A DNA stretch of 64,000 bases from Mobula hypostoma. Taxonomy: Eukaryota. Location of the stretch: contig NC_086097.1 of assembly GCF_963921235.1 (NCBI RefSeq), forward strand, positions 217,994,001-218,058,000, in the 5' to 3' direction. A program made the translations under genes and the position numbers. The notes beneath the pieces were generated by a model. It made no database searches and was not told the origin of the DNA. It saw nothing but the letters and a program-made list of their open reading frames with translations. This document shows, piece after piece, positions 1 to 12,372 of the stretch. The first letter of the stretch is position 1; every line of letters begins with the position of its first letter.

Positions 1-469
1 AATGAGAGGGTTAACATATGAGGAACGTTTGACTGCTCTTGGACTGTATTCTTTGGAGTTTAGAAGAATGAGGGGGGACCTCATGGAAACATTTCGAATG
101 TTGAAAGGCATGGACAGAGTGGGTGTTGCAAAGTTGTTTCCCATGATGGGGGAGTCTAGTACAAGAGGGCATGACTTAAGGATTGAAGGGCGCCCATTCA
201 GAACAGAGATGCGAAGAATTTTTTTTAGCCAGAAGGTGGTGAATCTATGGAATTTGTTGCCACGGGTGGCAGTGAAGGCCAAGTCATTGGGTGTATTTAA
301 GGCAGAGATTGATGGGTATCTGAGTAGCCAGGGCATCAAAGGTTATGGTGAGAAGGCGGGGGAGTGGGACTAAATGGGAGAATGGATCAGCTCATGATAA
401 AATGGTGGAGCAGACCCGATGGGCTGAATGGCCGACTTCTGTTCCTTTGTCTTATGGTCTTATGGTCTT
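1..469 (+). mobile_element. CR1-clade LINE 3' end
   Basis: ORF2 C-terminus YEERL..LGLYSLE.RRMRGDL, TRGH, FFSQ.VV..WN; (tatggtct)n tail. Confidence 0.9.
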
Positions 470-550
470 TGCATTAATTAAAATTTACAGAATATTTTAA
501 CACTTGATAATTTCTGTGATAAATTGCATTTTTATGTTACTCAGTACAAA

Positions 551-775
551 TCAAAAACAAGAGAAAATGTGCAGATGTTAGAAATCTAAGCAACACACAA
601 AATGCTGGAGGAATACAGCAGGCCAGGCAGCATCTATGAAGAAAAGTACAGTCGACGTTTTGGGCCAAAACCTTTCAGCAGGGCAGGAAGGGTTTCGGCC
701 TGAATCGTTGACTGTACTTTTTTTCCATAGATGCTGCCTGGCCTGCTGAGTTCCGCCAGCATTTCGTGTGTGCTC
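551..775. mobile_element. Palindromic Penelope-like non-coding insert
   Basis: Inverted arms of about 90 bp; TSD ctcagtacaaa (540-550) and ctcagtataaa (776-786). Confidence 0.75.
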
Positions 776-890
776 CTCAGTATAAAATTGGGAAATTGTT
801 CATAAAAATGTAGGATTTATTGAACTACAAAACAAACACATTTCTAATTAAATATGAAGAATTTTGATGTAATTTATTTTCTTATTATAG

Positions 891-1009
891 GGTCACTACT
901 GTTCCTCCCCCTCCACCACCTGTGCTGACCGAACATTACCATACACCTTATGACAATGCATATTATTTTTATGGGGCTAGAAATCCCTTGGATCCAAACT
1001 TGGCTTACT
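891..1009 (+). CDS. CSPP1: CSPP1 exon A ([10 protein letters not shown]...NPLDPNLAY)
   Basis: ttatag acceptor, gtgagt donor; conserved [11 protein letters not shown] motif. Confidence 0.93.
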
Positions 1010-1428
1010 GTGAGTATATTGTTACATTGGAAAACAAATGTGACTAAATGGTATTTGGTTTTATTTCTCTTGAAATTATTGTTTAAAATAGTAATAGCAT
1101 TGATTTATGATTGATGCTTATATAAGACTGTGATGAATATTTTGTACAAACTTCCTGTGTGGAGCTTTTGGCTTTTACTTCCATATTGCTGATAGATAGA
1201 TACTTTATTGAGCCCAAAGGAAATTAGTGTCATAGTAGCATTACAAGTGCACAGATATACAAATATTAGAAGCAAAGTAAGAAAGAATAAAAAAAGCAAG
1301 TTACCTTAAAAAGAAGATGTAGAAGATTTACAGCACTTTATACCAGTTCTTCGAGTGGTCAAATGAATTACCAACATGACTTACTGAACCTCTTTATCCT
1401 TGTTAATTTCAATGGAGAGGAACAGCTG

Positions 1429-3045
1429 CAGTGGTGTGCGAAAGTTTGGGCACCCCTGGTCAAAATTTCTGTTACTGTGAATAGTTAAGAGAGTAGAAGA
1501 TGAGCTGATCTCCAAAAGTCATAAGGTTAAAGATGAAACATTCTTTTCAACATTTTAAGCAAGGTTAGTGTATTATTTTTGTTTTGTAGAATTTTAGAGT
1601 GAAAAAAAAGGAAAGGAGCACCGTGCAAAAGTTTGGGCACCCCAAGAGGTTTGAGCTCTCAGATAACTTTTACCAAGGTCTCGGACCTTAATTAGCTTGT
1701 TAGGGCTATGGCTTGTTCACAGTCATCGTTAGGAAAGGCCAAGTGATGCAAATTTCAAAGCTTTATAAATACCCTGACTCCCCAAACCTTGTCCCAACAA
1801 TCAGCAGCCATGGGCTCCTCTAAGCAGCTGCCTAGCACTCTGAAAATTAAAATAAATGATGCCCACAAAGCAGGAGAAAGCTATAAGAATATAACAAAAC
1901 GTTTTCAGGTAGCTGTTTCCTCAGTTTGTAATGTAATTAAGAAATGGCAGTTAACAGCAATGGTGGGGTTCAAGTTCAGGTCTGGAAGACCAAGAAAACT
2001 TTCGAAGAGAATTGTTCGTAGGATTGCTAGAAAGGCAAATCAAAACCCCCGTTTGATTGCAAAAGACCTTCAGGAAAATTTAGCAGACTCTGGAGTGGTG
2101 GTACACTGTTCTACTGTGCAGCGACACCTGCACACGTATGACCTTCCTGGGAGAGTCATCAGAAGAAAACCTTTCCTGCATCTTCACCACAAAATTCAGC
2201 ATCAGAAGTTTGCAAAGGAACATCTAAACAAGGCTGATGGATTTTGGAAACAAGTCCTGTGGACTGATGAAGTTAAAATATAACTTATTGGCCGCAATGA
2301 GCAAAGGTATGTTTGGAGAAAAAAGGTGCAGAATTTCATGAAAAGAACACCTCTCCGACTGTTAATCATGGGGGTGGATCGATCATGCTTTGGGTTTGAG
2401 TTGCAGCCAGTGGCATGGGGAACATTTCACTGGTAGAGGGAAGAATGAATTCAATTAAATACCAGCAAATTCTGGAAGCAAACATCACACTGTCTGTAAA
2501 AAAAAAAAGCTGACGATGAAAAGAGGGTGGCTTCTACAACAGGATAATGTTCCTAAACACACCTCAAAATCCACAAGAGACTACCTCAAGAGGTGCAAGC
2601 TGAAGATTTTGCCATGGCCCTCACAAGCCCCGGACCTAAACATCATCGAAAATCTGTGGATAGACCTCAAAAGAGCAGTGCATGCAAGACGGCCCAAGAA
2701 TTTCACAGAACTAGAAGCCTTTTGCAAGGAAGAATGGGTGAAAATCCCCCAAACAAGAATTGAAAGACTCTTAGCTGGCTACAGAAAGCGTTTTCAAGCT
2801 GTGATACTTGCCAAAGGGGGGTGTTACTAAGTACTGACCATGCAGGGTGCCCAAACTTTTGCTTCGGGCCCTTTTCCGTTTTTGTTATTTTGATGCTGTA
2901 AAAGATGGAAATAAAAATGTAATCTTGCTTAAAGTATTAAAGAAATGTGTCATTTTTAACTTTATGCCTTTTGGAATTTTACTCGCTTGGCTATTCACAG
3001 TAACAGAAATTTTGACTGGGGTGCCCAAACTTTTGCGTGCCACTG
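1429..3045 (+). mobile_element. Full-length Tc1 DNA transposon with inner repeats, decayed
   Basis: TIRs cagtggtgtgcgaaagtttgggcaccc and gggtgcccaaacttttgcgtgccactg; inner copies of the binding motif near 1625 and 2846; TA on the right, TG on the left. Confidence 0.93.
1810..2830 (+). pseudogene. Tc1 DD34E transposase pseudogene
   Basis: GRPRK, VLWTDE, QQDN..KH, WPSQAPDLNIIE with 34 residues between the second D and E; stop at 2281-2283 and indels in poly-A runs. Confidence 0.92.
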
Positions 3046-4221
3046 TATAAGTGAAAAATACATGTAAGGTGTTGTATCTGCAGAAAGTTCATTTTATAAA
3101 GCAGGGAAAAGTGGAAATACCTCGTTCCAGAGATGAAAGAGATCCACTAAGGGTAATGTTGAAGTAACATCAAAATACTCAATAGGAAGCATCCTAAAAT
3201 ATGGAAAATTGAATTTAAATTCACAGGGACCATGCAAACTCCACATACGAAGCACCAAAAGTCAGGATCAGATCTGGATTGCTGAACTGTTCTAGTTTGC
3301 TCATGCCTTAGCAGAGGCACTATACAGTATCAATTAAGCTTTCATTTCCATCTGATAACCTAGGTTTTGTCTCAGTGATGGACTTAAACAAGAGTTGACT
3401 CCCCTGTTCTTTGACCTTGCTCTGTTGAACTGAACAAATCAGGTGGTAGGTGGGGGTTGCATTCCAGGTTATTTAATTTGGATATGAAGGCTAATTCAAA
3501 GCATGCTTTCTTCAAAGGGAATATGCAGAGAGCCATTAGGACACAAACACATGAAAATCATGCTGTGGCCAGAATGGAACAACATGATTACCTTTGCTAC
3601 GTGCAAAATATTGCACACTACTCAACCAACCTGGCATTTCCCGGGTGTTAGTACTGAAACCTTTTTGTGATCCGGGGATAATTTCAGATTGCATAATACC
3701 TTCACAAATCCTGGGGTCTTTCTCTGTTGATCCTTCGATCAGTCTGAAGTTATTGAACATTAAAGTAGAATAGGATCAAATTCTGATTATGTAAGGTATT
3801 TCAGCACCATGGACAAAGCAAATAGTTTTTTTGGAAAAGCAGGCTGCTGTGTACTGCAGTGATTTTCTAATATTCAGTTGACAGCACATCGTACACCTGT
3901 CATGTTTACCACCTGGATCCAGAACAGCAGGCTCATGGGAACTCTTCCACTTCAAAGTTCTCCAAATCATTCACTAAACTAGCTTATAAATATATAGATG
4001 TTGTTTTTAGTCACTGAATCTAAATCTTGGAAGACAACAACATTGGTATTAATGGAGACTGTCCTCCACTTTCTCAAAGCATTAGCCATTATTCTTTATA
4101 TCTTGCCACTAAAGCAATTTTGTAGTGAAAGAATGGTTGGATCACATCAGTCTGAATCCAGCCTGTCCACCTGTACGTTTTTCAATTGCAGTCGGCAGAA
4201 TAAATTGGTCAATTACACACG

Positions 4222-4545
4222 ATAGATTTGTTTGCTGGTCGATATGCCAGTGGCGTTTAGGGTGGCAATGAAGGTCCTCCATCTCTCTCTGTTTCAAAGG
4301 ATGCTTCATTTCTGTTTCTGTAAGAAATGTTTTTTGACTGGTCAGGGTTGTTAGCCCTGAACTGAACTTGTGAACCTTGAGGACCAGCAGACCACTCTTA
4401 GTCTGGCCTCTACCCTTTGACCTGTTTGCCATGGGTGATCTTATCAAGAGCTAATGCACAAGTCCCTGACTCCAGCCAACATAGCTCTCTGGGTCATTGA
4501 GGCACGCAAGCCTCCAAATCCTACGACAATGTTGTGGTCCTCTTA
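4222..4545 (-). mobile_element. Short non-autonomous RTE-related element
   Basis: Minus-strand 3' part reads RDRWRTFIATLNATG-like (RTE ORF terminus) fused to a non-coding 5' part. Confidence 0.55.
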
Positions 4546-4929
4546 GAGGACATGAAAGACGCACTGTGGAGTAAAATGTGCTTTGAGCTGCAAATAGATT
4601 ATGGGCACCTTCCCAGGAATGCCCTGGCAACTTTTGAATCCTCGGGTGATCAGTAACATTTAAAATAATGAAATAGATTTAAATTATTAATAAAGAATTT
4701 CAAACCTTTAAAATAAAAGATAAGTTATCTGGTTAATATATTGACATAGAAGTTGAAGATTGGCTAATGAATAGAGAACATCAATAGTAATAAAAGGTTA
4801 TTTACAAATTAGGAGCCTATGATCAGTGGCATTGGCACTGCAATTGTTACATGTCTGAGGGATGGACAAGACTGGTAGTGTTCCACGGTACAGATGTCAC
4901 AGGTATGATAGAGGTGGAGGGAGAATTGT

Positions 4930-5930
4930 GTTTTTGATTAGAAAAAACACCATGACATTACTCAGAAAGATATTCATAGGCAATTGTCTGATGAGACTAT
5001 ATGGGTGAAACTCAGATATAAGAAGGAAGTGATCACTTTGGAAAGACTGTACAGTAGCCCTCCCCTCACTTCCCGGTGATCAGTTGGAATTAAGGGAGCA
5101 AAAATGTAGGGAGATCCTAGATTGCTGTATGAATAATGGCATTTTTAATAATAAGTGATTCTAAAATCCATAATATAGCTCCTGGCAACGATAGGATACG
5201 ATAGGGTTTTTTAACAGGCTTTTGGATAGGTACATGGAGCTTAGAAAAATAGAGGGCTATAGGTAACCCTAGTAATTTCTAAGGTAGGGACATGTTTGGC
5301 ACAACTTTATGGGCCGAAGGGCCTATGTTGTGCTCTAGATTTTCTATGTTTCTATATAGACTGGGACTGCCATTGTCCTGGCACTTGGATGGAGCGGAAT
5401 TTAAGTATGTAAAGGGAAGTTTTCTCATGCAGTATGTACATGGACCTACTGGAAAAGGGGCAACATTTGACCTTTTGGAAATGAGTCTGGGTAAGTGATT
5501 AAAGTGTCAGTAGGCGAGCACATTAGGACCAATAACCGTAGTTAGTTTTAGATAGTAACAAGAAAGTTAGGACTGGTCTAGAAGTTAATTTTTTAAATTG
5601 GGGCAAATCTGACTTTGATGTTATTAGACATGAACTTGCAAAGTTTAACTGGGAGAGGCTTCTTGCAGGTAAAGGAATGTCTGGCAAGAGGGAGACTTTT
5701 AAATGTGAGATACGAAGAGTCCAAGATCAGCATGTTCGTTTTAGAATGAAAAGTAAAGCTGGTAGAATTTGAAATCCTTGGTTGATGAAGGATATTGAGG
5801 CTCCGGTAAGGAAGGTGAAGGAGGCATATGTCAGGTATGGACAGCTGGGATTGAACAGATCCCTTGAAAAGTACAAGTGATGTATGAGAGTAGAAATGGT
5901 CTTTTGTTGTGCTACCTTGCAAATGAGTAC
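4930..5930 (+). mobile_element. Old CR1 LINE fragment (AP-endonuclease region)
   Basis: Degenerate ETIWVKLR, NIDW, FLMQYV..PT..GA.FDL motifs. Confidence 0.7.
5179..5353 (+). mobile_element. CR1 3'-UTR fragment nested in the older CR1
   Basis: TSD atatag at 5173-5178 and 5354-5359; same 3' UTR as the element starting at 58571. Confidence 0.75.
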
Positions 5931-5997
5931 CAGAAAAATGGCACCTCTGACATATGATTATTTTTCTGGTGCATGTTTAAGATAACATAATGATTTG

Positions 5998-7816
5998 AGT
6001 TTCTGGGAGAAATGAGGAAGGTGCAGGATAGATGTATTCCAAAAACAAAGAAATACTCAAATGGCAAAATAGTACGTCTGTGGCTGACAAGGGAAGTCAA
6101 AGCTAATGTGAAAGATAAAGAGAGTGCATACAGTAAAGCAACATTTAATGGGAAACCTTTAAAAACCTATAGAAAGCTTATTCAGTTATATAAAAAATAA
6201 AAGCGAGATGAGAGGTGACATATAACCACTAGAAAATGACGCCAAAGAAATAACAGGGGACAAGGAGATGGCAAATGAACCAAATGAATATTTTGCACCA
6301 ATCTTCACTGTGGAAGACACTGGCAGTGTGCCAGGTGTTGAAGGGTGTGAGGGAAGAGAAGTGAGTGCAGTTACTATTGCAAGTGAGAAGGTGCTCAAAA
6401 AACTGGAAGACCTAAAGGTGCATAAGTCACCCGGACCAGATGAACTGCATCCTAGGGTTCTGAAAGAGGTAGTGGTAGAGATTGTTGAGGAATTCATAAT
6501 GATCATTCAAGAATCATTGGACTTTTACTTTGTTCCGGGAGGATTGGAAAATTGCAAGGAGGCAGCAGAAAGGAAATTTTCGATCAGTTATCCTGATCTT
6601 GGTGTTTGGGAAGATGTTGGAGTCAATTGTTAAGGATGAGATTATGGTGTACTTGCTGATACAGGACAAGATAGAACACATGAGTCTGCTTGCCAAGTTA
6701 AGAGCCTATGGTATTACAGGAAAGTTACTAGCATGGCTAAAGCATTGGCTGATTGGTAGGAGGCAGTGAGTGGGAATAAAGGGATCCTTTTCTCATTGGC
6801 TGCCAGTGACTAGTGGTGTTCTGCAGAGGCTGTTGTTAGGACTGCGTTTTATGGTGTATATCAGTGATTTAGATGATGGAGTAGATGGCTTTGTTGCCAA
6901 GTTTGCAGATCATACAAAGGTTGGTGGAGGAGCAGATATTGTTGAGAAAACAGGAAGGCTGCAGAAGGACTTAGACAGATTAGGAGAATGAGCAGGAAAG
7001 TGGCAAATGAAATACAATGTTGGAAAATACATTGTCATGCACTTTGGTAGAAGAAATAAAGGTGCAGACTATTTTCTAAATGGGTAGGAATTCCAGAAAT
7101 CTGAGATGCAAAGGGTCTTGAGAGTCCTTGTGCAGACCACCCAAAAGGTTAATTTGCAGGTTGAGTTAGTGGTGAGGAAGGCAAATGCAATGTTAGCATT
7201 CATTTCAAGAAGTCTGTAATATAAGAGCAGGGATGTGATGCTGACCTTTATAAAGCACTGGTGAAGCCTCGCGAGTGTTGTGAACGGTTTAGGCTCTTTA
7301 TCTCAGAAAAGATGTGCTGGCATTGGAAAGCTTTCAGAGGAGGTTCACAAGGATGACTCTGGGAGTGAAAGGGTTATTACACAAGAAATGTTTGATAGCT
7401 CTAGGCATGTACTCGCTGAAATTTAGAAGGAGAGGTGGGGGGATCTCACTGAAACCTTTTGAATGTTGAAAGGCCAAGACAGTAGATGTGAAAAAGATGT
7501 TTCCCATGATGGGGGAGTCTAGGACACGAGGGCACAGCCTCAGGATAGATGGGCGTCCATTTAAAATGGAGATGCAGAGAAATTTCTTTAGCTTGGGAGT
7601 GGGAATTTGTTACCACAGGCAGCTGTGGAGGCCAGGTTATTGGTTGTATTTAGGGCTGAGATTGATAGGTTTTTGATTGGCCACGGCATCAAAGGTTATG
7701 GGGAGAAACTGGGGAGTGGGACTGAGAAGGAGAAGAAAGGATCAGCCATGATTGTATGGTGGAGCAGATTTAATGGGCCCAATGGCCTAATTTTGTTCCT
7801 ATGTCTTATGGTCTTG
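5998..7816 (+). mobile_element. CR1 LINE, 5'-truncated and decayed
   Basis: KSPGPDELHPRVLKE, VTSGV.Q, AKFADHTK, TRGHSL; tcttatggtctt tail. Confidence 0.9.
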
Positions 7817-7912
7817 TAAAGTTATTACTGAACACATATTTAGTGTTCTATAGATTTTATGTATTATTTACTCCAAACTACAACACCTAATCCTTTATAC
7901 TTTATGATATAG

Positions 7913-8027
7913 ATGGTCCAGGAGTAATTGGAACGCATCCTGTATCCTTGATCAACCCTCAAAATGGGCTGTCCAACGTACCCACCATGCAAGGTTATCT
8001 ACATAATTCCTCTGTAGATCAATCTTA
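7913..8027 (+). CDS. CSPP1: CSPP1 exon B (YGPGVIGTHP...SVDQS)
   Basis: atag acceptor, gtaagt donor; phases 1 and 2 fit both neighbours; sequence weakly conserved. Confidence 0.75.
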
Positions 8028-8540
8028 GTAAGTTTTATCTTTCATTATCTTCCATGCTCTAATATGATTATCTGCAATTTCAACTGCTGGTGCAGTTATG
8101 TTTTAAAGTATCATATATTACAGAGAATAAAGCATATATCATTTACTGCTTTGCAAATCACCTTATTATAGACACTCATGTCAAACAAAATGTTGCCTAA
8201 CACTTGTTCTTGAATGACTTCTAGTATGCAGGTAACCAGAACTTCACACACAATTCCAAATGAAGCATTTTGAATATCTATCTCTATAGAATAGTAATTA
8301 CAATCAAAACCACACACACAATCAAAACCTTGTTTCCCAAAGTAAATCAAAAGGGCTATTGACACAGGTAACATTCCGTGAACTACTATCATCTGCTTAC
8401 TTGCTGTTCATTTTACTTTATGAATATCAAATATCAATATGAAAATGATATTAATTATTCTCTAGGTTATTTGAATGTTAAATTCACATGACATTGTATA
8501 ACATTAGTCAGCAACTCGTAAGTCTTCATTTCATTTGCAG

Positions 8541-8661
8541 TGTGCCAAATGTTCGTGATGCCTCTACTGCTAAGAACTTAGATGGTGGATTCTTGCCAGA
8601 GCAACAAGCAGTTTTATTAAAAGAAAGTGCTCAAACTTACCAGGATTTCTTGAAAAAGCAG
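8541..8661 (+). CDS. CSPP1: CSPP1 exon C (...ESAQTYQDFLKKQ)
   Basis: tttgcag acceptor, gtgaaa donor; resembles human QSLQSYQEALQQQ. Confidence 0.85.
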
Positions 8662-8958
8662 GTGAAACTATGTTTAAGCTTCTCATTTCATGCTATTTAG
8701 TTTGTCAATTTCTAATTAGTTTAGTAATTATGAATGTTACTGATTTTTTTTTCTCTTAGGATATTTAATGTTGTTCTGTGATATTTGCGTTTACACTTAT
8801 TGTTTCAAGAGAACTATTGGGATAGTTTGTTATTCCAGACCTTACCAGTACAAATGGGTAAACTTAAAATGCATCACCCTATCCCATGACCTCTACTATT
8901 TGGCCACATGATGGCAGCAGACACATGAGAAGGTGCCATTCCAAGTGAAAATATCCTG

Positions 8959-9103
8959 CAACACACATCAAGGTTGCTGGTGAACGCAGCAGGCCAGGCA
9001 GCATCTCTAGGAAGAGGTACAGTCGACGTTTCAGGGCAAGACCCTTTGTCAGATGCTGCTGCCTGGCCTGCTGTGTTCACCAGCAACTTTGATGTGTGTT
9101 ACT
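8959..9103. mobile_element. Palindromic Penelope-like insert
   Basis: Inverted arms; perfect 13-bp TSD tgaaaatatcctg (8946-8958, 9104-9116). Confidence 0.8.
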
Positions 9104-10801
9104 TGAAAATATCCTGAGTGGGAAATGTATATTCATTCATCATTGCTGGCTGTAAATCTTGATACTACCTGCCAAGTAGCAATCTGAAACTACATTTGCT
9201 AAAGGAGATTCACCACCATTTTCTTTAAGGTAATTAGGACTGGGTAGTATATACTTATATAGATTGCAAAGGCCTCCTACTATTATAGATAAGAAAAATA
9301 TCTAGAAGTCCCTCTGCTATTGCACCATGCTCACGATAGGACCAATTGAATCATTTTACTCTTCATTTTGTTTCTTCCAAAGTAAATATAATTAAAACAA
9401 AGTATTTTTCCCATTCAGATATTTGACAAATGTTGATATTTCCATCAATGGTTTTGCTGGCTTGCCTACAAGGTTCACTCCTGAACAAATGTTATGTCAT
9501 CTTGGATCATGACACTGGCACTTACCTGATCCTCAAGGTCAAATATATTTAAATATAAAACCCTAAACACAGAAATATAGCCTAAATAAACAAGTCACTT
9601 GGTGTTAGAATTCATAATAATGGCATTAAATTTATCCTGCTCTGAGTTTATGGATTTCATCATTCTATGTCCTCTTGAAATCTGCTTCTGCCTTTTTACT
9701 CAATTATTATTTTATCACATCACAAATTTGGAGGTTATATTCCCTATATCTAAGTTCTATGTCACTTATTTATATCAAGAGGACTAGTGGTCCTCATAAC
9801 GGAAACCTTTGGGACTTCACCACCAATGTCTCTCTCCTATGCCACTGTCAATTTTATTTATACCAGCATCCCTTTAAATCTATGCATTGCCATGATTATT
9901 TTTACCTTCCTCAGAATAACAATAACTTGCATGTAAATTTTGTCTTCAATCCTGTAAAATGTATCAGGGTGCTTTGTAGGGGTAAGAAAATTGGCACCAG
10001 CCCTGTTTGGTTAGTTGTCCAATATCTTGATTGAACAGAAAAACTTCAAAGATCTTAAAAGAAGTGAGTGGTGAGAAGGGAAAGGGGGAAAGCAGGTGGG
10101 AATGCTAGAATGAAAAGCATAGCTTGCTGTTGTCGTGTTCACCCATTAGGGACTGATGTGCAGGACATCAGAATTATAGAAGTGAAGACATGGAAGCAAA
10201 GGAACATGGAGTTATTTGCATTCTGTTCACTGCCACTGTCTGCTACTCAGTCAGAAGAGATCGAGTTAATGAAAATCTAATAGCCACTGATTAAAATTAG
10301 TGATCACTTAGAATCAATTGCCATCTCCAAAATAGAATTTCAAAATTTCACCATCCTAAATTAGTAGAAGTGTTTCTTAACTTCAGGCTGGGAAAGCCTA
10401 ATTTTAATTTTTAGCTATGCTGCTTTGTCCTTCACTTTGAACTTTGAATTTCACAATTAGTGAAAAAACACCTCATCAAATCACCTCATAATGTAGGATC
10501 ATATCCTGCACAAGGGAATATGATCCTAGATTATGATTCCCAAAACCAAGTTATCAATTTGGTATCTTCCCTTGGATTTTCTTATGGCATGTCACATGGA
10601 GCTGCACATGGTATCTTTGCTTTGTATAGCTTTAGTATCTTGTTTCCTTTTATAGTTTAGTTCTATATGTATAAAAATTGCATTGCATACATTTTTGATT
10701 ATATTCTGGACCTTTTGTCATATGATCTATATACATGCATAAAAAGTCCATTTGGATCCTTAGGTTTTCACTACTAGGAGAGAAACAGATTATTTATTCC
10801 A

Positions 10802-10908
10802 GAGCAACACACACAGAACACTAGAGAAGCTTAGCAGGTCAGGGAGCATCCATGCAGGGAAATGAACAGTCGATGTTTCAGGTTGAGATCCTTCATGAGG
10901 AGTACATG
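10802..10908 (-). mobile_element. Single-arm Penelope-like insert
   Basis: Same arm sequence; TSD atttattcca (10792-10801, 10909-10918). Confidence 0.7.
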
Positions 10909-12066
10909 ATTTATTCCACACTTTGTAGGTACAAATAGATAACCTTCTATATGACTTCCTTGAAATCCATTTGCCACTGTTTTGCATTTTTTTGTATTGT
11001 CTATTAATATCCCTAAGTGTTTCTGTTTGCGTTTTCCTGCACTGCTTACGTTATTTCAGTCATTTATAAATACAGGCGTCCCCCGCTTTTCGAACGCTCG
11101 CTTTATGAAACCTCACTGTTACGAAGGACCTACATTAGTTCCCCGTTTTCGCTAACAGAAGGTGTTTTCACCGTTACGAAAAAAGGCAGCCAGCGATAAA
11201 AGGCAGCGCGCGAAAAAAAGCAGCGCACGCCCCCAGCAGCCACTCCTCCCCCGGACTTAGAACTGCATTCCAGCCGGCATTGCTTAAACACGTGCCTGTG
11301 AGCAGCCGTTAGCAAGGTGAGTTCTAAGGTATCGGAAAAGCCTCAAAGAGCTCATAAGGATGTTACACTTAGCGTAAAACTAGACATAATTAAGCATTTC
11401 GATCATGGTGAATGAAGCAAGGACAAAGTGAGTTTGTCTTGTGGAAGTTGACGAAGATGATGTTGAAGAGGTTTTGGCATCCCATGATCAAGAACTGATA
11501 GATGAAGAGCTGACGCAATTGGAAGAGGAAAGGATAACAATCAAAACCGAATGCAGTAGCGAACGGACCGAAAGTGAAGCAAGTGAAATTTTCGCTGCAA
11601 TGATTGCAGAAAAGTACAACTTTAATTTTGAAAGGGTACGTTGGTTTAGGGCATATTTGCAAGATGGTTTGAGTGCTTACAAAGAACTGTATGATAGACA
11701 AATGCGTGAGGCTAGCAGCCAAGCAAGCCTTCCAATCAGCCACAGCAGACGATGAACCTTGACCTTCGACATCGAGGCAGGCAGATGTAGAAGAAGATGA
11801 CCTGCCTGCCCTCGTGGAAACAGACGACGATGAGATGATACCTCAGTGTCCCACCACCCCAACCCCCGGGCCGCGGACAGATACCGATTCGCGGAGAATG
11901 CAGCAGTAGCAGGGAGGCACCCAGCACAAACAAAGCCGAACTAAACAAGCTAATTAATTAAGTGCCGCCCAGCACGTAAATGTTGGCCCAGATCAGAGGT
12001 GATTGCCAATTGCATCGCCTCTGATCTGGGCCGATATTTACGTGCTGGGTGGCACCTAATTAATTA

Positions 12067-12372
12067 CGGAAACACGAGGAAATCTGCAGATGCTGGAATT
12101 TCAAGCAACACACAAAAAATTTGCTGGTGAACGTAGCAGGTCAGGCAGCATCTCTAGGAAGAGGTACAGTTGACGTTTTGGACCTAGATCCTTCGTCAGG
12201 ACTAACTGAAAGAAAAGCTAGCGAAGGAAAAGTGAGGGACAGATACCAAATCTCTTACTAGCTCTTCTTTCAGTTAGTCCTGACGAAGGGTCTCGGCCCG
12301 AAACGTCAACTGCACCTCTTCCTAGAGATGCTGCCTGGTCTGCTGCGTTCACCAGCAACTTTTATGTGTGTT
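12067..12372. mobile_element. Palindromic Penelope-like insert nested in the Tigger element
   Basis: Inverted arms of about 120 bp plus a one-sided 40-nt extension; perfect 13-bp TSD acctaattaatta (12054-12066, 12373-12385). Confidence 0.85.
12276..12311 (+). ncRNA. Minimal type I hammerhead ribozyme motif (predicted)
   Basis: AGUC-CUGACGA-A-GGGU(CUCG)GCCC-GAAA-C-G-UC-AACU; conserved CUGANGA, GAAA and UH boxes; helix III reduced to the palindrome ACGU. Confidence 0.6.

Noticed and set aside
7993..7998. Alternative donor gttatc for exon B
   Set aside because: Gives phase 1, incompatible with exon C; gtaagt at 8028 fits.
9599..10660. Cluster of short intronic ORFs
   Set aside because: AT-rich, no motifs, no consistent splice signals; same verdict for most 60-120 aa ORFs in the track.
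11441..11755. Host gene or domesticated TIGD gene
   Set aside because: Lies between Tigger TIRs, has an upstream stop and lacks the DDE domain.
12229..12250. Spacer of the palindrome templated from 11875-11885 (ggacagatacc)
   Set aside because: An 11-nt match is too short to separate from chance.
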